Assembly (NCBI GenBank): GCA_964057225.1
Contig: OZ059894.1
Coordinates: 7,936,001 to 8,000,000 of the forward strand
Direction of reading: 5' to 3'
Source of the DNA: Auanema rhodensis
Lineage: Eukaryota > Animalia > Nematoda
DNA length: 64,000 bases
In this document: positions 28,001 through 40,886 of the stretch, piece after piece
Position numbering within the stretch: the first letter of the stretch is position 1
Layout of the letters: each line of letters opens with the position of its first letter
The notes under the pieces: model-generated
The model's input: only the letters and a program-made list of their open reading frames with translations
The model's database searches: none
Told to the model about the DNA's origin: nothing
Program-made: the position numbers and the translations under genes

Positions 28001-28139
28001 ATACAAACTTTGTCTGTCTCCATAGAAATGTTTGAATAGGTAATGGAACTGCATCACAATCAGATTCTTCTTCTTCTTCTATCCTGAAATTAAGTGAAAA
28101 TATTTTAAAAATTCATATAATCATGTTCATCTTTTACAT
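7048..28139 (-). CDS. unc-80: UNC-80, NALCN/NCA channel complex subunit (roughly 60 exons)
   Basis: N-terminal exons give VPLPIQTFLWRQT|NPFLGAKIGKLHEASCV|TFERVVVQNILHGLSPSLSDALASVSRWKLVRAALPHV, the UNC80 N-terminal signature. Internal hallmarks include FFDVAVIRALL, GARRFAFLLETARPG, ALWRNRYHVW, QPLFPSSLLSAVP, HDELTHLPSFPRK and FINVVNGIMIMHCED. Stop at 7048 (...QHQLV*). The exact start is uncertain (see findings). Confidence 0.95.
12690..12725 (-). CDS. unc-80: Probable 36-nt cassette exon of unc-80 (QVNPEYRPTDNY)
   Basis: ctctttcag|CAAGTA...AATTAT|gtaagt. In frame (phase 0/0) inside an unusually long intron between NRERQ and EHLMSLLRKL; GCATG/TGCATG motifs lie downstream. Confidence 0.7.
16994..17119 (-). 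CDS. unc-80: Probable 126-nt symmetric cassette exon of unc-80
   Basis: cccag|CAGTTCGA...TCAG|gttag, phase 1/1, open frame (VRPPSLSARLFSRQSTHEES...). Flanked by long introns, with ACTAAC/ACTAAT motifs at 17381-17400. Confidence 0.7.
18989..19070 (+). tRNA. tRNA-Leu (TAG), antisense within an unc-80 intron
   Basis: Acceptor stem GGCGAGA/TCTCGTC, anticodon arm CTGGT-TTTAGGC-ACCAG, long variable arm, GGTTCGAATCC; 82 nt. Confidence 0.97.
19672..19743 (+). tRNA. tRNA-His (GTG), antisense within an unc-80 intron; genomic G at position -1
   Basis: Acceptor stem GCCCATG/CATGGGC, anticodon arm CCACG-TTGTGGC-CGTGG, GGTTCGATTCC; base 19671 is G. Confidence 0.97.
24706..24717. promoter_or_regulatory. 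Perfect palindrome TTTGACGTCAAA containing a full CRE (TGACGTCA) in the large 5' intron of unc-80
   Basis: Sequence match only; function not shown. Confidence 0.35.
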
Positions 28140-31100
28140 AAATTGTCATCGCACCTATCAAATTTCGTCAATCGTATATTGAAGAAAAGGGAATATTCAT
28201 GTTTTTTTGGTTTTTTCTTTTGAATTCTCAATAATCTTTTCAAAGTTTGTGGGGGTTTGAGAGCATATTATATATTATAATAATAATAGATATGTAGTTA
28301 TTTGCTCGAAAAAGAAGTGTCACAGTGATGATTTTATAAAATATTCATAGGATGCTTTGTGCTTTCTACTTCTTTTATACTTTCTTTTTAAGATTTTCCA
28401 GTTTTTCCTGCTACCTTTTGAATTTGAATATTTTCATGTACACATCACCTCATCCCCCCCTCTTTTCTCCTCCTTCTATTCCCGTATTCATCCGTGGAGC
28501 ATCAGATGTAGGAATGCCTTCAAATAGTCTGAGAAGGACTATCATTATGAAACAAAAAAAGGAGAGAAAAGAGAGTATTGCAGAATAGATTGTAAGATAA
28601 TGAGAAACATGATGAGGGATGAAGAGGAAAAGTAGCAGAGAACAAGAAGGTATACGAGAATTGTACAAGATCTACGAGAGGATGAAGGCAAACGAAAGAT
28701 GAGTCTTGTTATTGTTGTTCTTGATGTCTCTTCTGTTTAAGGTTTGCAAGCTTCTTCATTTCTTTTTATTCTTTATTGTCTCCTATTTTACTTCATCTTA
28801 CCCACTTATTCTCAGTTCTTCTTCTACAACAAGCAGCTTGCTTGCTTGTTACTCTTAGTGAATATCCAACCCTCAACTCATCCCTCATCCATCTCTCAGT
28901 CTCTCTCTCTCTCTCTGTCTTTCTTGCTTACACTCAACTTGTTAAGCGTTTCACTCCCTTTCATCATACTCTCTTATTCTAGCTATGTGTCCATATACTC
29001 ATGCAAGCGTATGTATGTGTGGTTATGTCCAATTGATTGCCAGCTTTTTTCAATCGTTTAGCCCGTTACATGTAAGCATGTCCGTACATTCATCGTATGT
29101 ATCTATTAACTTTTCCCTGTGAATTTTCCATTTATTCGCAACTGGTTATCTCTTTCTCTCCCTTCCTTTAACTTATTCTCTTCTCGCTCTTCAACAGCTT
29201 TTAATAGTTTTCATGATAATGATCATGTAGATGGGGTTAAGCACGAAATCACACATGGAGGGTCAAAAATTAAGATCAACAAGGAAGCTCAACCCATTTG
29301 TCAGACGAAGAAGGGAGGAAATCCGAGAAGTACAGTCAATGTAGAATATCTTAAAAGAAAAAAGAAGGAAACTCTCAAATGACTATAAGAATCAGAAAAA
29401 CAATATTGAGATTATATGAATCTCAATTTAGTACAGCTTCAACTATCGTTCTCTATTCAGAGACAGATATATCACGGAATTGTAAAGGAGTTATCTACGA
29501 ACTTCCATGTGTGTATTAGATTTCATCAGATTATTCAGATCATATCGGTTCTCTACCAACTCCCTGATAGTAGCTGAAGCTAGAAGAATTTTTCTGACGA
29601 GAAAGATTATGATGATGATGACGACAACTATTAGTATGACAAAGTTGATGTTTGTATATAGCAACATCTCTAGCTCTTGATTTATGATGTTTCGTCCGAT
29701 CTCTCGTTCTGTCTGAAGCTTCCATTCCCCAGATGATGGACTTGTAATTTGTAGCTGAAGCTTTCAGCTCGGCTGGTGTACATACTTTCTTTGTGTGTAG
29801 CAAATATTCAGAAATACAACTTGCAGCGTTACGTTAGAAGACCAACACATTGGGCCCTGATGCTGCAAGTTACTTCTCGGCACACAAGTTGATGATGTGA
29901 ATACACTCTCTCCTTTTATCCATCTATCTCTCAAGATCTCTTTTCTGGATTGTTACGGCTTCTGAAACACCTCTTCTTCTCATCAGAATTTAACATTTCT
30001 CTAATTCTCTCAATTTATCTCTTCCATGTAAAGAAGAATTTGGACTATCATGTAAACGACCGAATAAGGAAAATGGGTACACATGAAGCAAAATGAGAGA
30101 ACGAGAAAAGAAAAAAAGCAAAAGTAAAGCAAAAGAGGAAATCTCAAATGTTTCCCCCTCAAGAAATGTCTCAGAATTATATTGAAACGACATAAAGTCG
30201 TCCTGTCGACAGAATATCAAAAATTGGTATTCGTATAAGTTAGAAGTTCATGATCATTTTTATGGAAAAAACTTCTTAATCGAGGCTTTAATAAACATTG
30301 GAAAATTCAATTTCATTGCTTTTAATTTGTACAAACATCATCTATGCTTCATTAATTGTCTTCATAAACAAGACTCTGATGCTCGTCTCCCCTTTTCAAT
30401 CTCATTTCTCTTACTTGCCTTCCCCCCTCTCTCTCTTTCCTTGGTTCCCCCCCCCTCTCTCTATTGCGATTCTTTTTCTCTCTCTTTATACACATTTTCA
30501 GTGTCAGTAGAGTTTTGAATGGGTATGTCTGCTTGAACCCAAGCTTCAGACATAATGAGAAAGATGATGAGACTTGCGCCCAAATTTTAGGTACATCACA
30601 GAACTTGGAAACTTTTCTTCAGCATTCTTGAAACTTCAGCTAAATCTTTCCAGCTGTTCTCTGTTCTAGCTTGTTCGTTTGAACTTTTTCGTTAGCTCAC
30701 TTGTACTTTTTGGGATTGCTTTAAGCAGATCTGATCGTAGGACTTTGATTTTTTAAAGAATATTTTGTTCTTGTCCTTGCTGTTATAGTAGTTGTCGTCC
30801 CATTTTGAACTTTTTTATATTCTTTTAAATACTACTAACTTAGACAGGAAGTCACAAGCTGAAGGTGGATTAAAATGCCTGAGGGTATATGTTGAGTATT
30901 TAGGTGGAAGAGTTTATCTGCTTTTCTTTCCTTCACTAGCTTTTGCTTCTACTTTATTCTCTTTTTATACCTACATATATGCATTTAGCACCTCTTTCTC
31001 TCTCAATCTCCCTCGTTCTCTAGCTTGATCTCTCAACCTAAAATTTGCCTATCCTTCTTTCTCAGTGCTTCTCTTTCGAATCTTCTGCATACATAAAAGG

Positions 31101-33539
31101 AGAAATCGTGAGAGTAATAAGGAAAGACATGGATTTATAATATTGACGTTCTGAAAACAAGGGGGGAGGTACTTGTCAGAATGAGTTAGAGTCTTCTTAT
31201 TTCGGTTGATTTTCTCAGTTTTTTAGTAAGCTTGTCAAAATAACAGCCGGATGAAAAGTGGTCAGAACAAAATATGTATATTCTCATCAAATAATGTTTT
31301 GACCAGAAGAAGAAGAAGAAGAAGAAGAAGCAGAAGAGAAAGGTATTGGAATGACGATGATAATGAGGATCATGATGGTAATGGTCTTATGCTTATGATG
31401 CTATAAAGATAAAAATATTTGTTCTTAAGAGGACATCATGTCATATCTATAATATATATTATAATTAATCATATATTATAACTTAAATTATTGAACTTTG
31501 TTCATATGAAAATGAATATTAGTTCTTCGAATACCTTTAATATAAGGTCGTTTTTCTGTTAAACCTCTTTAGATCTTAGATCATCATATTTCCTCTTCTA
31601 TTTCTTCATTTCTAGTGCTTTTATACTTTTTTTATCTCATTCCAAAGCATCTTTTTTGGTCTTTTGCAATTCTAGGAAGTCAGCAAAAATGATAATTATT
31701 CTCTTGAAAAGTTTTTTTTTGTATTTGTGAATTGAAAATGAAATGAAATTTCTAAGATGCTACGACACATTAAAAGAATTTCACAAGCTAAATATTTGGT
31801 TAATTCTTTTGAAAAGATTAAACTAAAGGCATGACTTGTGCTTGAATTTCCTGCTAAATCCTTGAGTGATCATTGAACCATCAAACAATCGGATTTATTT
31901 CCATATCTATCCAGGAACAATCGAGAAATGGTCCCCAGACGAAAATCTTTCTAAGAGAAGTACTCATATAAACCGTAATGCTATGATGAGTTCAAGAAGC
32001 TGCAAATCAAATGGAATCTACACTCACAAAACTGAGTTTTCAAGTCAAAAATGGAATTTTTGCGTTACATAACTCAATTTTCATAAACGGATCCTAGAAG
32101 AGTTTGCAATCCATGAACATATCTGGTAGTGAAAGAACCAAAGAGAATATGAAATTGAATGAGATCGAAGAGAAGTAGAGAAAAAGATAAAAGAGAAAAT
32201 GAAGAAGAAAAATAAGAAAAGATTGTAGACTGAGAGAGAAAGAGTAGGGAGAAGAAGACCGACGAAGAAACGGCTGGACGGAAGTGAAGCGACTGCCTAG
32301 CAGTCATGTCTTTCTCTCGATCAGTTCTCCGGACGTATTCTCACTGGACATGGTTAGAAGAAGAAAATTCAGAGAAGTTTGCCTCGTCAAAAGCTTCTCG
32401 TTGTCCAAACTTTCAAAATGAGAAGAAGAGGAAGACACATTTTTTCTTTTTGACTGATTTCTTTGCTGCTATTTAGCTCATGCTCATATACGACGTACAG
32501 GCTCGATTCTCATTTGTGGAAGAGCATCAAGTAGCATCCAAGTGAGAAGGAGGTACAAGTATGAAATAAGTCGCATGGGTGAATACCCAAGAAGATAGAG
32601 GGGTGAAAACAAACAAAAGTAAAAAAAAAGAAAAATATTCCGATAACCATGTGAATAATTAGAGTGTTTGTAAATAGAAAACATCCAGAGATTATGAAGA
32701 TTGGCTTATTTTCTTCTGTCTATGAGGTCCTTCATCTTCTTCTTCTCCTAATACGAAGAAGTGTTAGATCAGATTTCTCTACAGGAAACTAGATCCGTCT
32801 TCATATTGAAGCATAATTCGTTGTTTTCTTGACAAATGATGCATACAATCAATAAGAAAAACACCAAAAAAAGGTATAAAACACCAGCTAAAAACCATAA
32901 AAAACGAAGATATTGAAACAAAATATTATTCTCACAAAAAAAATGAGAAAAAACCTCTTTTTGCCATCCCATTTTTCAATGAAAGGACGGCGAATGAAAA
33001 TGGCTGAAAAACATGAATTGATATCTCGTGTACTTGTGGAAACAAAATTCGCCCGATGACAAAGCGATTCGAAAAGAAAGATAATACGGGGGGAGGAGAT
33101 GAAGATGACGTAAATGATGATGCAAGTGATAATAATGTTGAAAAGATAAGCTTAAACGTACCATTTGGAGCTTTTGACGGAACTAGCCGCAGTGCTGAGC
33201 GGCATGAGCAGCAGCTGAACAGTGCCCTGATGTTGATGCTGCAAATAGCGGACATGCATGGCTGTCGTATAGACCGTCTCAGTTTATTTAGAAATAAATA
33301 ATAGATAATAGATTAAGATTAAGTAGACGAATTTACATTAGTAAATAAATAGAATAGTTAAGGTCGGATGAAGGGTGATGACTATGGGATGGGAATAAAA
33401 ATTTGTGTGAGGTAGAGAATACACCCAGAGTTCTGATGATAATTCTACAGTTTACGGTTTGAGTTGTGCCGAAGACTGTTCACACCGCCGAATGAGGAAG
33501 GTTTCTACTGGCTTGTTCGGTTTAATACTGTGCACCGTG

Positions 33540-33960
33540 TTGCTGCTGGACGTCTATAGTTGTATAGGATACACGCAACGTCGACAACAAGCTGTAGTGC
33601 TGACGACGTCGGTAAGGCAGCAAGCAAGGATAGGGTAGAGGACCACAGGCGGAATAGACAGAAAAGAGAGGTAGAGAGAGGGAATGCTCTAGAAAAGCCT
33701 CTCTCTCTCTCACACACACACACACAGGGTCGCAGGGCCTGTTTGGAAGAGGCGCTGAGCAGAAGAAAGGGGGGCGGGGTCCTGTCAGTTCTGGGGGCAG
33801 ACCGACGACGGGGGAGCAGAGCGAGAAGAGAGAAGGCCCAGCATACCCCGGGTCCCCCCTCTCATCGATCGAGCGCCAAATTAAAATATCCAAATAAAGG
33901 AATAGAATGTTCAGCTATTCTCTCTTTCGTTCTCTCTCCCTCCCTCTCTCCCTCTCTCCC
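33540..33960. promoter_or_regulatory. GC-rich promoter/enhancer-like island (GC box, CT/CA and GA tracts)
   Basis: GGGGCGGGG at 33771-33779, many CpGs and (CT)n(CA)n in an otherwise very AT-rich background; no credible ORF. Confidence 0.45.
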
Positions 33961-36900
33961 TGTATTACTCCTTTGAATTGATATCACTATTACCATGTCT
34001 GTACGTTCGATCCTTCAGAAAATCAACCCTTGATATCATTTCTATTTCACTAGGATTAAATATTCATATCCAATTTCAGTTTGGGTATGATTCTATCAGT
34101 CATTTGATTTTGAAAAAAAAGAAAAGAAATATCAAAGGATAGGAAGCTTTCTTAGTAAATTATGAGAAATTGAGATAATATGATCACATGTACTTTAGTA
34201 GATGATCATTACAACAAAGAATTATAGGGAATATCAACAAAATATTTTCAAATCTTTGATTTAAGAAAACAAAATACAAAAATTACCATTGAGTTTCATC
34301 TAAAACAGAATGAACCTTGTAAAATATATAATTCAAAGATTTTATGAAGAGGATGGATCTGGAATTTTCGATTTCTGAATTTGTCGGACCGTGGGTAAAA
34401 CATCTTTTTCACTTTTTTGGAAGAGCATTTAAGAGAATTCTATTAATAATATGAATATATTCATGTTGTTCAAGTAACTCAAACTCATTTGGATACTTGG
34501 TATGATGATCCGTCACGTATACTTTGAACAGACAGTAACAAACTTGGATAATTAAAATATATTTATATGTTTATGTTTATAAACTAAAAATATAATTTTT
34601 TTTATGTAAAATTATATTTTTTATTTAAAAATTATATTTTTATTAATAATAATTTTTAAAAATTATTCTGAGAATATTAATAAAATTTTCAAAAATGATA
34701 TAAGGAGATATGATCATTTTAGATTTTAATGCTTCAACTAATTTATTTGTAATTAGATGTATTACTAAAAAAAACTAAATTGTAAACAAAATAAAGCGTT
34801 CCTTATAATTTTTTTTTTGTAAATACAAAAAAAAAATTAATTTTAATGGTAAAATTATATTTTTTCTTCATTTTGTTGCAAATTGTTCTCTACTGAAAAA
34901 TAATGTTGTTGATTCAACAATTTGAATAAATGCCAGCTAAAGCTTACAAACTTCAAGTTGGAAGAAATAATGCTTACATTGGCTTTTTGTGTTTTTAGTA
35001 ATTTCTGTTTCACAAAAAAGTGGAAAAAAAAACATTATTTCTCTAAGGAATGAAACATACATAGTCATCAACTGGAAAATTATAAATTTTTAATTAGTTC
35101 ATAGTTAAAACCTGCCAAACTTTCTTTTACTTTATTATTGCTTTAGCAATCTTAGTGGGAAATTTTTTGAATTCCAACTTAAATCTTAAACCAACTTTAT
35201 GCGCTAAAAAAGTTGAAACAAAGATTTAAACCTTTTTTTATATAAAAAATCGAAAACAAAATTGTGAGTGATCTAATTTCAGTCTTTTCTTTATAATAAA
35301 CAAAAAAAAAAGAAGAAAATATATATTTTTTAATTATAATATTAATTTAAATTTAAATTTTCTACAAAAAAATAAAAAATCAACTCTGTTTGTTTTTATT
35401 TTGTTGAGAATTGTTTGCTGATAAATACTCCTGAAGTATATATTTTTGCAATGAAATTATCTTCTACGAATGCCATTTTTTGTTCAAAAAAATTGGGAAA
35501 AATCAAAATAAATTCTTAAAAATATAGAAAATAAGAAAAAAATATAATTTTTTACCAAACCACTATAAGAAAATTTAGAAAAAAAAAAGAATGATAAACG
35601 AAATAAGAATAAACTAAAAATGAAAGCAGTTCGTAAGTATGAGATTGCCCATATAGGCAATAAGTTTAGAAAGCGGTGGATCAGATTTCTATATATATGA
35701 GAACAATTATTAAAAGAAGACTCCGCCCTACATTTCAATAACATTTCTAATTTTCGATGAGAGAAATCGGGTATTTCTTAAAAGATCAACTTTAAGAGCA
35801 GAATGTGAAATTAAGAATATGTCTGGTTAAAATTATTTGTCATCACCCCAATTAAAACCAAAAAAAAATAAATTAAATATGAACTGAAATTAAGAAAAAA
35901 AAACAATTAATCGAACACATTAATTTAATAATTTTTAAAAAATTTTAAAATTTTAGATAACAAAATAGTTCAATAAATATTTTGAAAAAAAATAAAAATT
36001 TAACGAGTGAAGTCAATATGAATTTTGTAAAAATTAAAAATTGAATTAAAGACAGAGATTTAACGAAAAAAATTGAAGAAAAAATAAAGAAAGAAGTTAA
36101 TTTTTTTTAATCTGAAAATGACGCTGTATTATATTTTGAAAGTTGAATATTTAAATATGGCAAAACCTTCTGGCATATATCTTCTTCAGATTTCTTCCGA
36201 GAAAATACAGAAACTAGAGTACCCTGTAAACAGAAAATAATTATAAAAAATTCATAAAACCTATCATAATCATAATAATAATAATAAGAAATAAACAACA
36301 AGTTGAAAACGAAAATAAATCAATTAAAAGAAAAAAAAAGAAAAAATGGTTTTAATACATAAATTTACTTAAATACATGTATAGAATGAGTTAAAAGTAT
36401 AATAAAAATTATAAATTCATATAGTTTCAACAAAATAAAATATGAATTTCAATGTAAATTCAACTTGTACAATGAAGGTGCTCTAGAATGAAAGTTTTCA
36501 TCTGAATGTTTTGGATGTATTTGACATCAGGAGCATTTAGGTAAAAGAAAAATCAATGAAATGAAATGAATAACATACATTTAGGTTAAATGAAGATGAA
36601 ACGAATAAACAAATTTTAAATAAATTTAATTAATAGATGTTGTGATATCTTCACCGTTCAACACATTTATACAAACACAAGAGAACTAAAAGCTCATGCT
36701 TAGACATGTGAGTAATCATATGTAAGATGATCAAAAAATAATTTAAATATTGCAAGTTTATATCAATTTTAGTGTTATATAATTAAAAAATAAATATATA
36801 TATTATAAGTTAATATAGTTATAATAATTATAAAATTTTAAAAATTTAGAAAACATTTAAAAATAAGAAAATAGTAATAAAGTATGTTGAGTTCAAAAAT

Positions 36901-37400
36901 ATATTATATTATCCTAAATAAAATAATAAATACCTGGTTGTTTTGACAATATTTTAAATAATAAAAATGTAAATATTTCATAGAATATAGACAAATTTTT
37001 TTTTATAAAATATGAAAACTAATTGAATGAATAAAAACGAAATTATATAATATTTGGGAAATATACATATGTATATACGCACCGTTTTCTTCATTAATTA
37101 ATGAATAGATTCAACACAAAATTCTTAAATAAAGCTCAGCTCAGCTATGTTGACTGTTATACTATTAAGCCAATCTTTGTCTATTTTTCGATAAAAAAAG
37201 TTTTCTTCTAGGTTGTTGGAAGCACTTTTGCTCAATAGAATCTGACTGAATTGTGTGGTCATGAAGTACAGTTTTAGACAAAAAGAAGCAAAATGATTAG
37301 TTAAAAAGTGGAAAAATACTTGAAGTAAATAAAATATGAGCAAAATCAGAAATGTCACGCAATTTTGCTGATGTAAAAACGAAATTTATAGAGAGATAAT

Positions 37401-37404
<4 letters not shown>

Positions 37405-37443
<39 letters not shown>
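37405..37443. repeat. (GA)n microsatellite
   Basis: About 19 uninterrupted GA units. Confidence 0.95.
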
Positions 37444-37447
<4 letters not shown>

Positions 37448-40400
37448 AAAAGGGAGAAAGAGAAAGTACTATTAACGATAAAAAGGAAACGTTCGGTTTT
37501 AATGGTTCAATTTAATGAAAATCATAGTATAATACCATATTAGGAATTGACCTGACTGTAAGATTTAAGTTCAAAAAAGGTGATATTGAATAAAAAAATA
37601 GAAAAATAAATAAAAATACGCAACAATTTGTTGAAAAAGAGAAATCAAAAGTATGAATAATTTAGTTTGTTTGCAATAGTAGATAGCTCTGCTTAGTTTT
37701 ATCTGGGCCGAAAATATGAAAAATCAGACTAATCTAGTAATGGTAATAACCATACACAAGCACTCTTCTTGATTACATGAAGCTCTTGGTGTTTACCTTC
37801 CTCGGTCGCAAATTACATAGTGGAATACAGATGTAGAAGACTCAGACGATTCGCTTCCAAATTTCTGGAAGACGAGCTAGAAATCATTCTGGTGGTCGAC
37901 GGCACCATAGAGCCGAATAGTTGTCCAAGGAAATGCAGTGAAGTCAGTTCGTGGTTTTGGATTGGTGGGAGACGATTGGTCGATAACAGAGCCGAAAGCT
38001 GACTTCGTTAAGCTGAAACGGGGAATCGCCCCGGCCTAGACAAGGGGAAGAAGGGAAATAGAGGGAGAGAGGGAGAACGAGATCTAGAGAAAGAGAGATT
38101 GACTTCCAGGCTGCCAGTTTGTCTAGCCACCCGCTCTTCCTTTTTTTAGTCTTCTCCTTTTCCCTCTATTCCTCTATCTCCCCTTTCATCGTCTTCTACT
38201 CTCTCTCTGCTTCTTTTATCTTCATCACTACTCTCTCATTCATTCTCTCTCAATCTATCTCTAAATCTCGCACTTATTTTTTCATTCTTAGTCTTAGATT
38301 TGATGTCTCTTCTTGCTTATCCTCTTTTAAGTCAGTTATGTTGTTATTTCATCTGATGTTCGTAAAACAACGTTCAAATCCTTTTTTTAAGAACAAATTC
38401 ATCAAACTGTGAATGGGATTGCCAAGAAACAAGATCTGGAATGAATGAAAGACAATGACAAGATAAACGATGGATACTTGTATTTTGAAAAGCTCAAAGA
38501 CAGGTGAATTTCCAGGGTTTCCAAGCGTTGTACCGCTAAGCGTGCCACATGCCTACATGCTTCATACCCTCCCAAGGTTAAGAAAACAAATAATGTATCA
38601 ATCATGAGGATACTTTCATTGAAAAAAAAAGACGGAAAGTAAAAAATAGAAAATCATTCCTTTGTCAAGTTTGAACATTCTTTTTTCAGAATAAGAGCGT
38701 CTTAATCAGTATCGAAGGCATGCTAAAATCTGAATAATTAGTTGATATTTCGAAAAAACTATTCAAATTTACGAATATTTTTCATAAAAATATTATTTTC
38801 AACAAATAATGTGAAAAACTCTACAACTTAGTGTAGACAGCACGTTGGATAAAATAGAGGGAGAGAGGGGAGAGATTTAGAGAGGGAGTGATTGAAGTAG
38901 TTTGAGGGGGAGATGAAGAAAGGGTGAGAGAAGAATAGTTGGAATAGGAATAAGAACTGGTGGCATGTCGAAAATCTGATTAGAGAGAAACATAGTAAGC
39001 ACTTCTGGAAGATACATTTACACATGAACTCGTACTGCATCTCTATTTTCTCTATCGTCTTCTCTCTCTTTCTCTTTCTCTCTATCTCCCCCCTCTCTCT
39101 CCCTATTTCTCTCTCACTCTCTTTAATTCTCTCAACATATAATCTCTCACTAGCTTAGTGGCATTGACAGGATTTCACTTATGCAGATTATAAAGTAAAA
39201 AAAGTTATGGTCATAGTTCAGAGCAGAGGATTCTCAAAGGCATTTATGAAAAAAAATAAACAAAACTTTGTTAATACTAAAAAGTAAAAAGATTTACAGA
39301 ATATTTTATTACTCGTTAAAAAGATAAAGAAAGAAATGGAGAAAAACGTGGATTAAAACAAGAGAGAAAAGAAGAAGAAGAAGAAGAAGAGAGAGATAGA
39401 GAGATAGAGAGAGAGATTTTTTTTAAAGAAAAAGGGTATAGAAACGAAAAGTAAGAAATACAAAACGCAAGTAGGCGGCGTGTCTACTCAAGTCCTGCCA
39501 CTTCAAGCTAGCTTAGTTTTGACATGGCAAAAGAAGACGAAAAAGTGTTTACTATCATGCTTTTTTATTGCTTTTTCCTAAGAAAAAAAATGAATTTGTG
39601 AAACCAAAAGCTATATAAATAAGTTAAAGAAATGATTTTTTATTTATTTTGACAAATCAATTCAAACTTCGTAAGTAATTTCACACAACAACAATATAAA
39701 ATAAGAGAAAGAGGTAGTTAAAGCTATAAAATTTAAGTATTTTAATAATAATAAAAATAAAAATTAAGCTTTATCTCCAAAAATGATGTTGATGTTCTAT
39801 TTTTTCCATTCAAAGGATGGTCTAGTTCTAAAGATTGAAATTCAAAACCATGCTCAGCAATTTCAATTAACTAACGTTTAGCTTTTAAAGTTTACATTAA
39901 AATTAAAAAAGGACTTAGTTCAATTTTCTGCAAAAAAAATTGATTTTTCTTGCCACAGATTTATGAAGACGTATGAATTGAAATTTTATAAACAAATTAG
40001 TTACTTATTCAATTTTAATCTTAAACATCATCTAAGGAGTTCGTATCTGTTCAGCTTAACCGAAAAAAAAGTGCATTTATCATATACTTCTTCAAAAATA
40101 TTAAAAATTTTTCTTTTTTTAATCAAAAGCAATATCTATATATCTTTTCGTTCTAAACAATTCGTTATTTCTTTCTTTCTTCCTTTCTCTCTTTTTTGTA
40201 GTTTTTGAAGACAAACTTTTCTTCTTAATTTAACTCAATGGACAAAAAAACAGTAGAAAATATTTCAAAAAGAAATACTAAAATGCTCATATGAAAAAAA
40301 AAATTCTGAAATATAACAAGTGAATCAGCTTGTTGACTACTAAACATGATGAACACATCGTCATCTGGCCATCGTTTTGCTTTTTTTTAGAAAAACGGCG

Positions 40401-40776
40401 ACAGATCTGGACATATTATTGTCAGAAAAACTGCCATATAAGAATTTAGTAGGTTTGAAATATTGAATTATCTTAAGAACTAAAAAAAAAGCTTGATTTC
40501 ACCTGAATTATGTTCAATACAATTTTAGAAATAAAAATATAAATATATACACGAGAAAATCTGAAAGAATATGTTAGCAGTAGGTTTTTTATCCGTTTTT
40601 CTGGAAAAAGAAAATCTATGAAATTGGGTATGAAAAATATAAAATACTGTGTTATAGAACGAAAAGATGATAGAAACTGAGTAGGAAAAGCCGTTGAGTA
40701 GTGAGAGAAGGCACAAAATCGCATTTGGCTATGGAATAGCCGGACCCGAGTGCGTAGTATTCGCACCTAATAGGGA

Positions 40777-40886
40777 AAGAAGAAGACGACGGAGAAGAAG
40801 AGGGAAGAGAAGGAGAAGGAGAAAAGAAGAAAAAAAGAAGAAAAAGAAGAAGCAGAAGAAGAAGCAGAAGCAGAAGCAGAAGAAGA
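40777..40886. repeat. (AGA)n/(AGAAGC)n purine-rich simple repeat
   Basis: Directly visible; it produces the spurious poly-R/K and poly-L ORFs in the ORF track. Confidence 0.9.

Noticed and set aside
33405-33450. TGAGGTAG let-7-family 5' end
   Set aside because: No complementary star arm.
33505-33976. Overlapping 72-138 aa ORFs
   Set aside because: Products of GC-rich and microsatellite sequence; no splice structure or recognisable domain.
34500-37100. PATC-like periodic A/T clusters
   Set aside because: Very AT-rich, but 10-bp periodicity cannot be established by eye.
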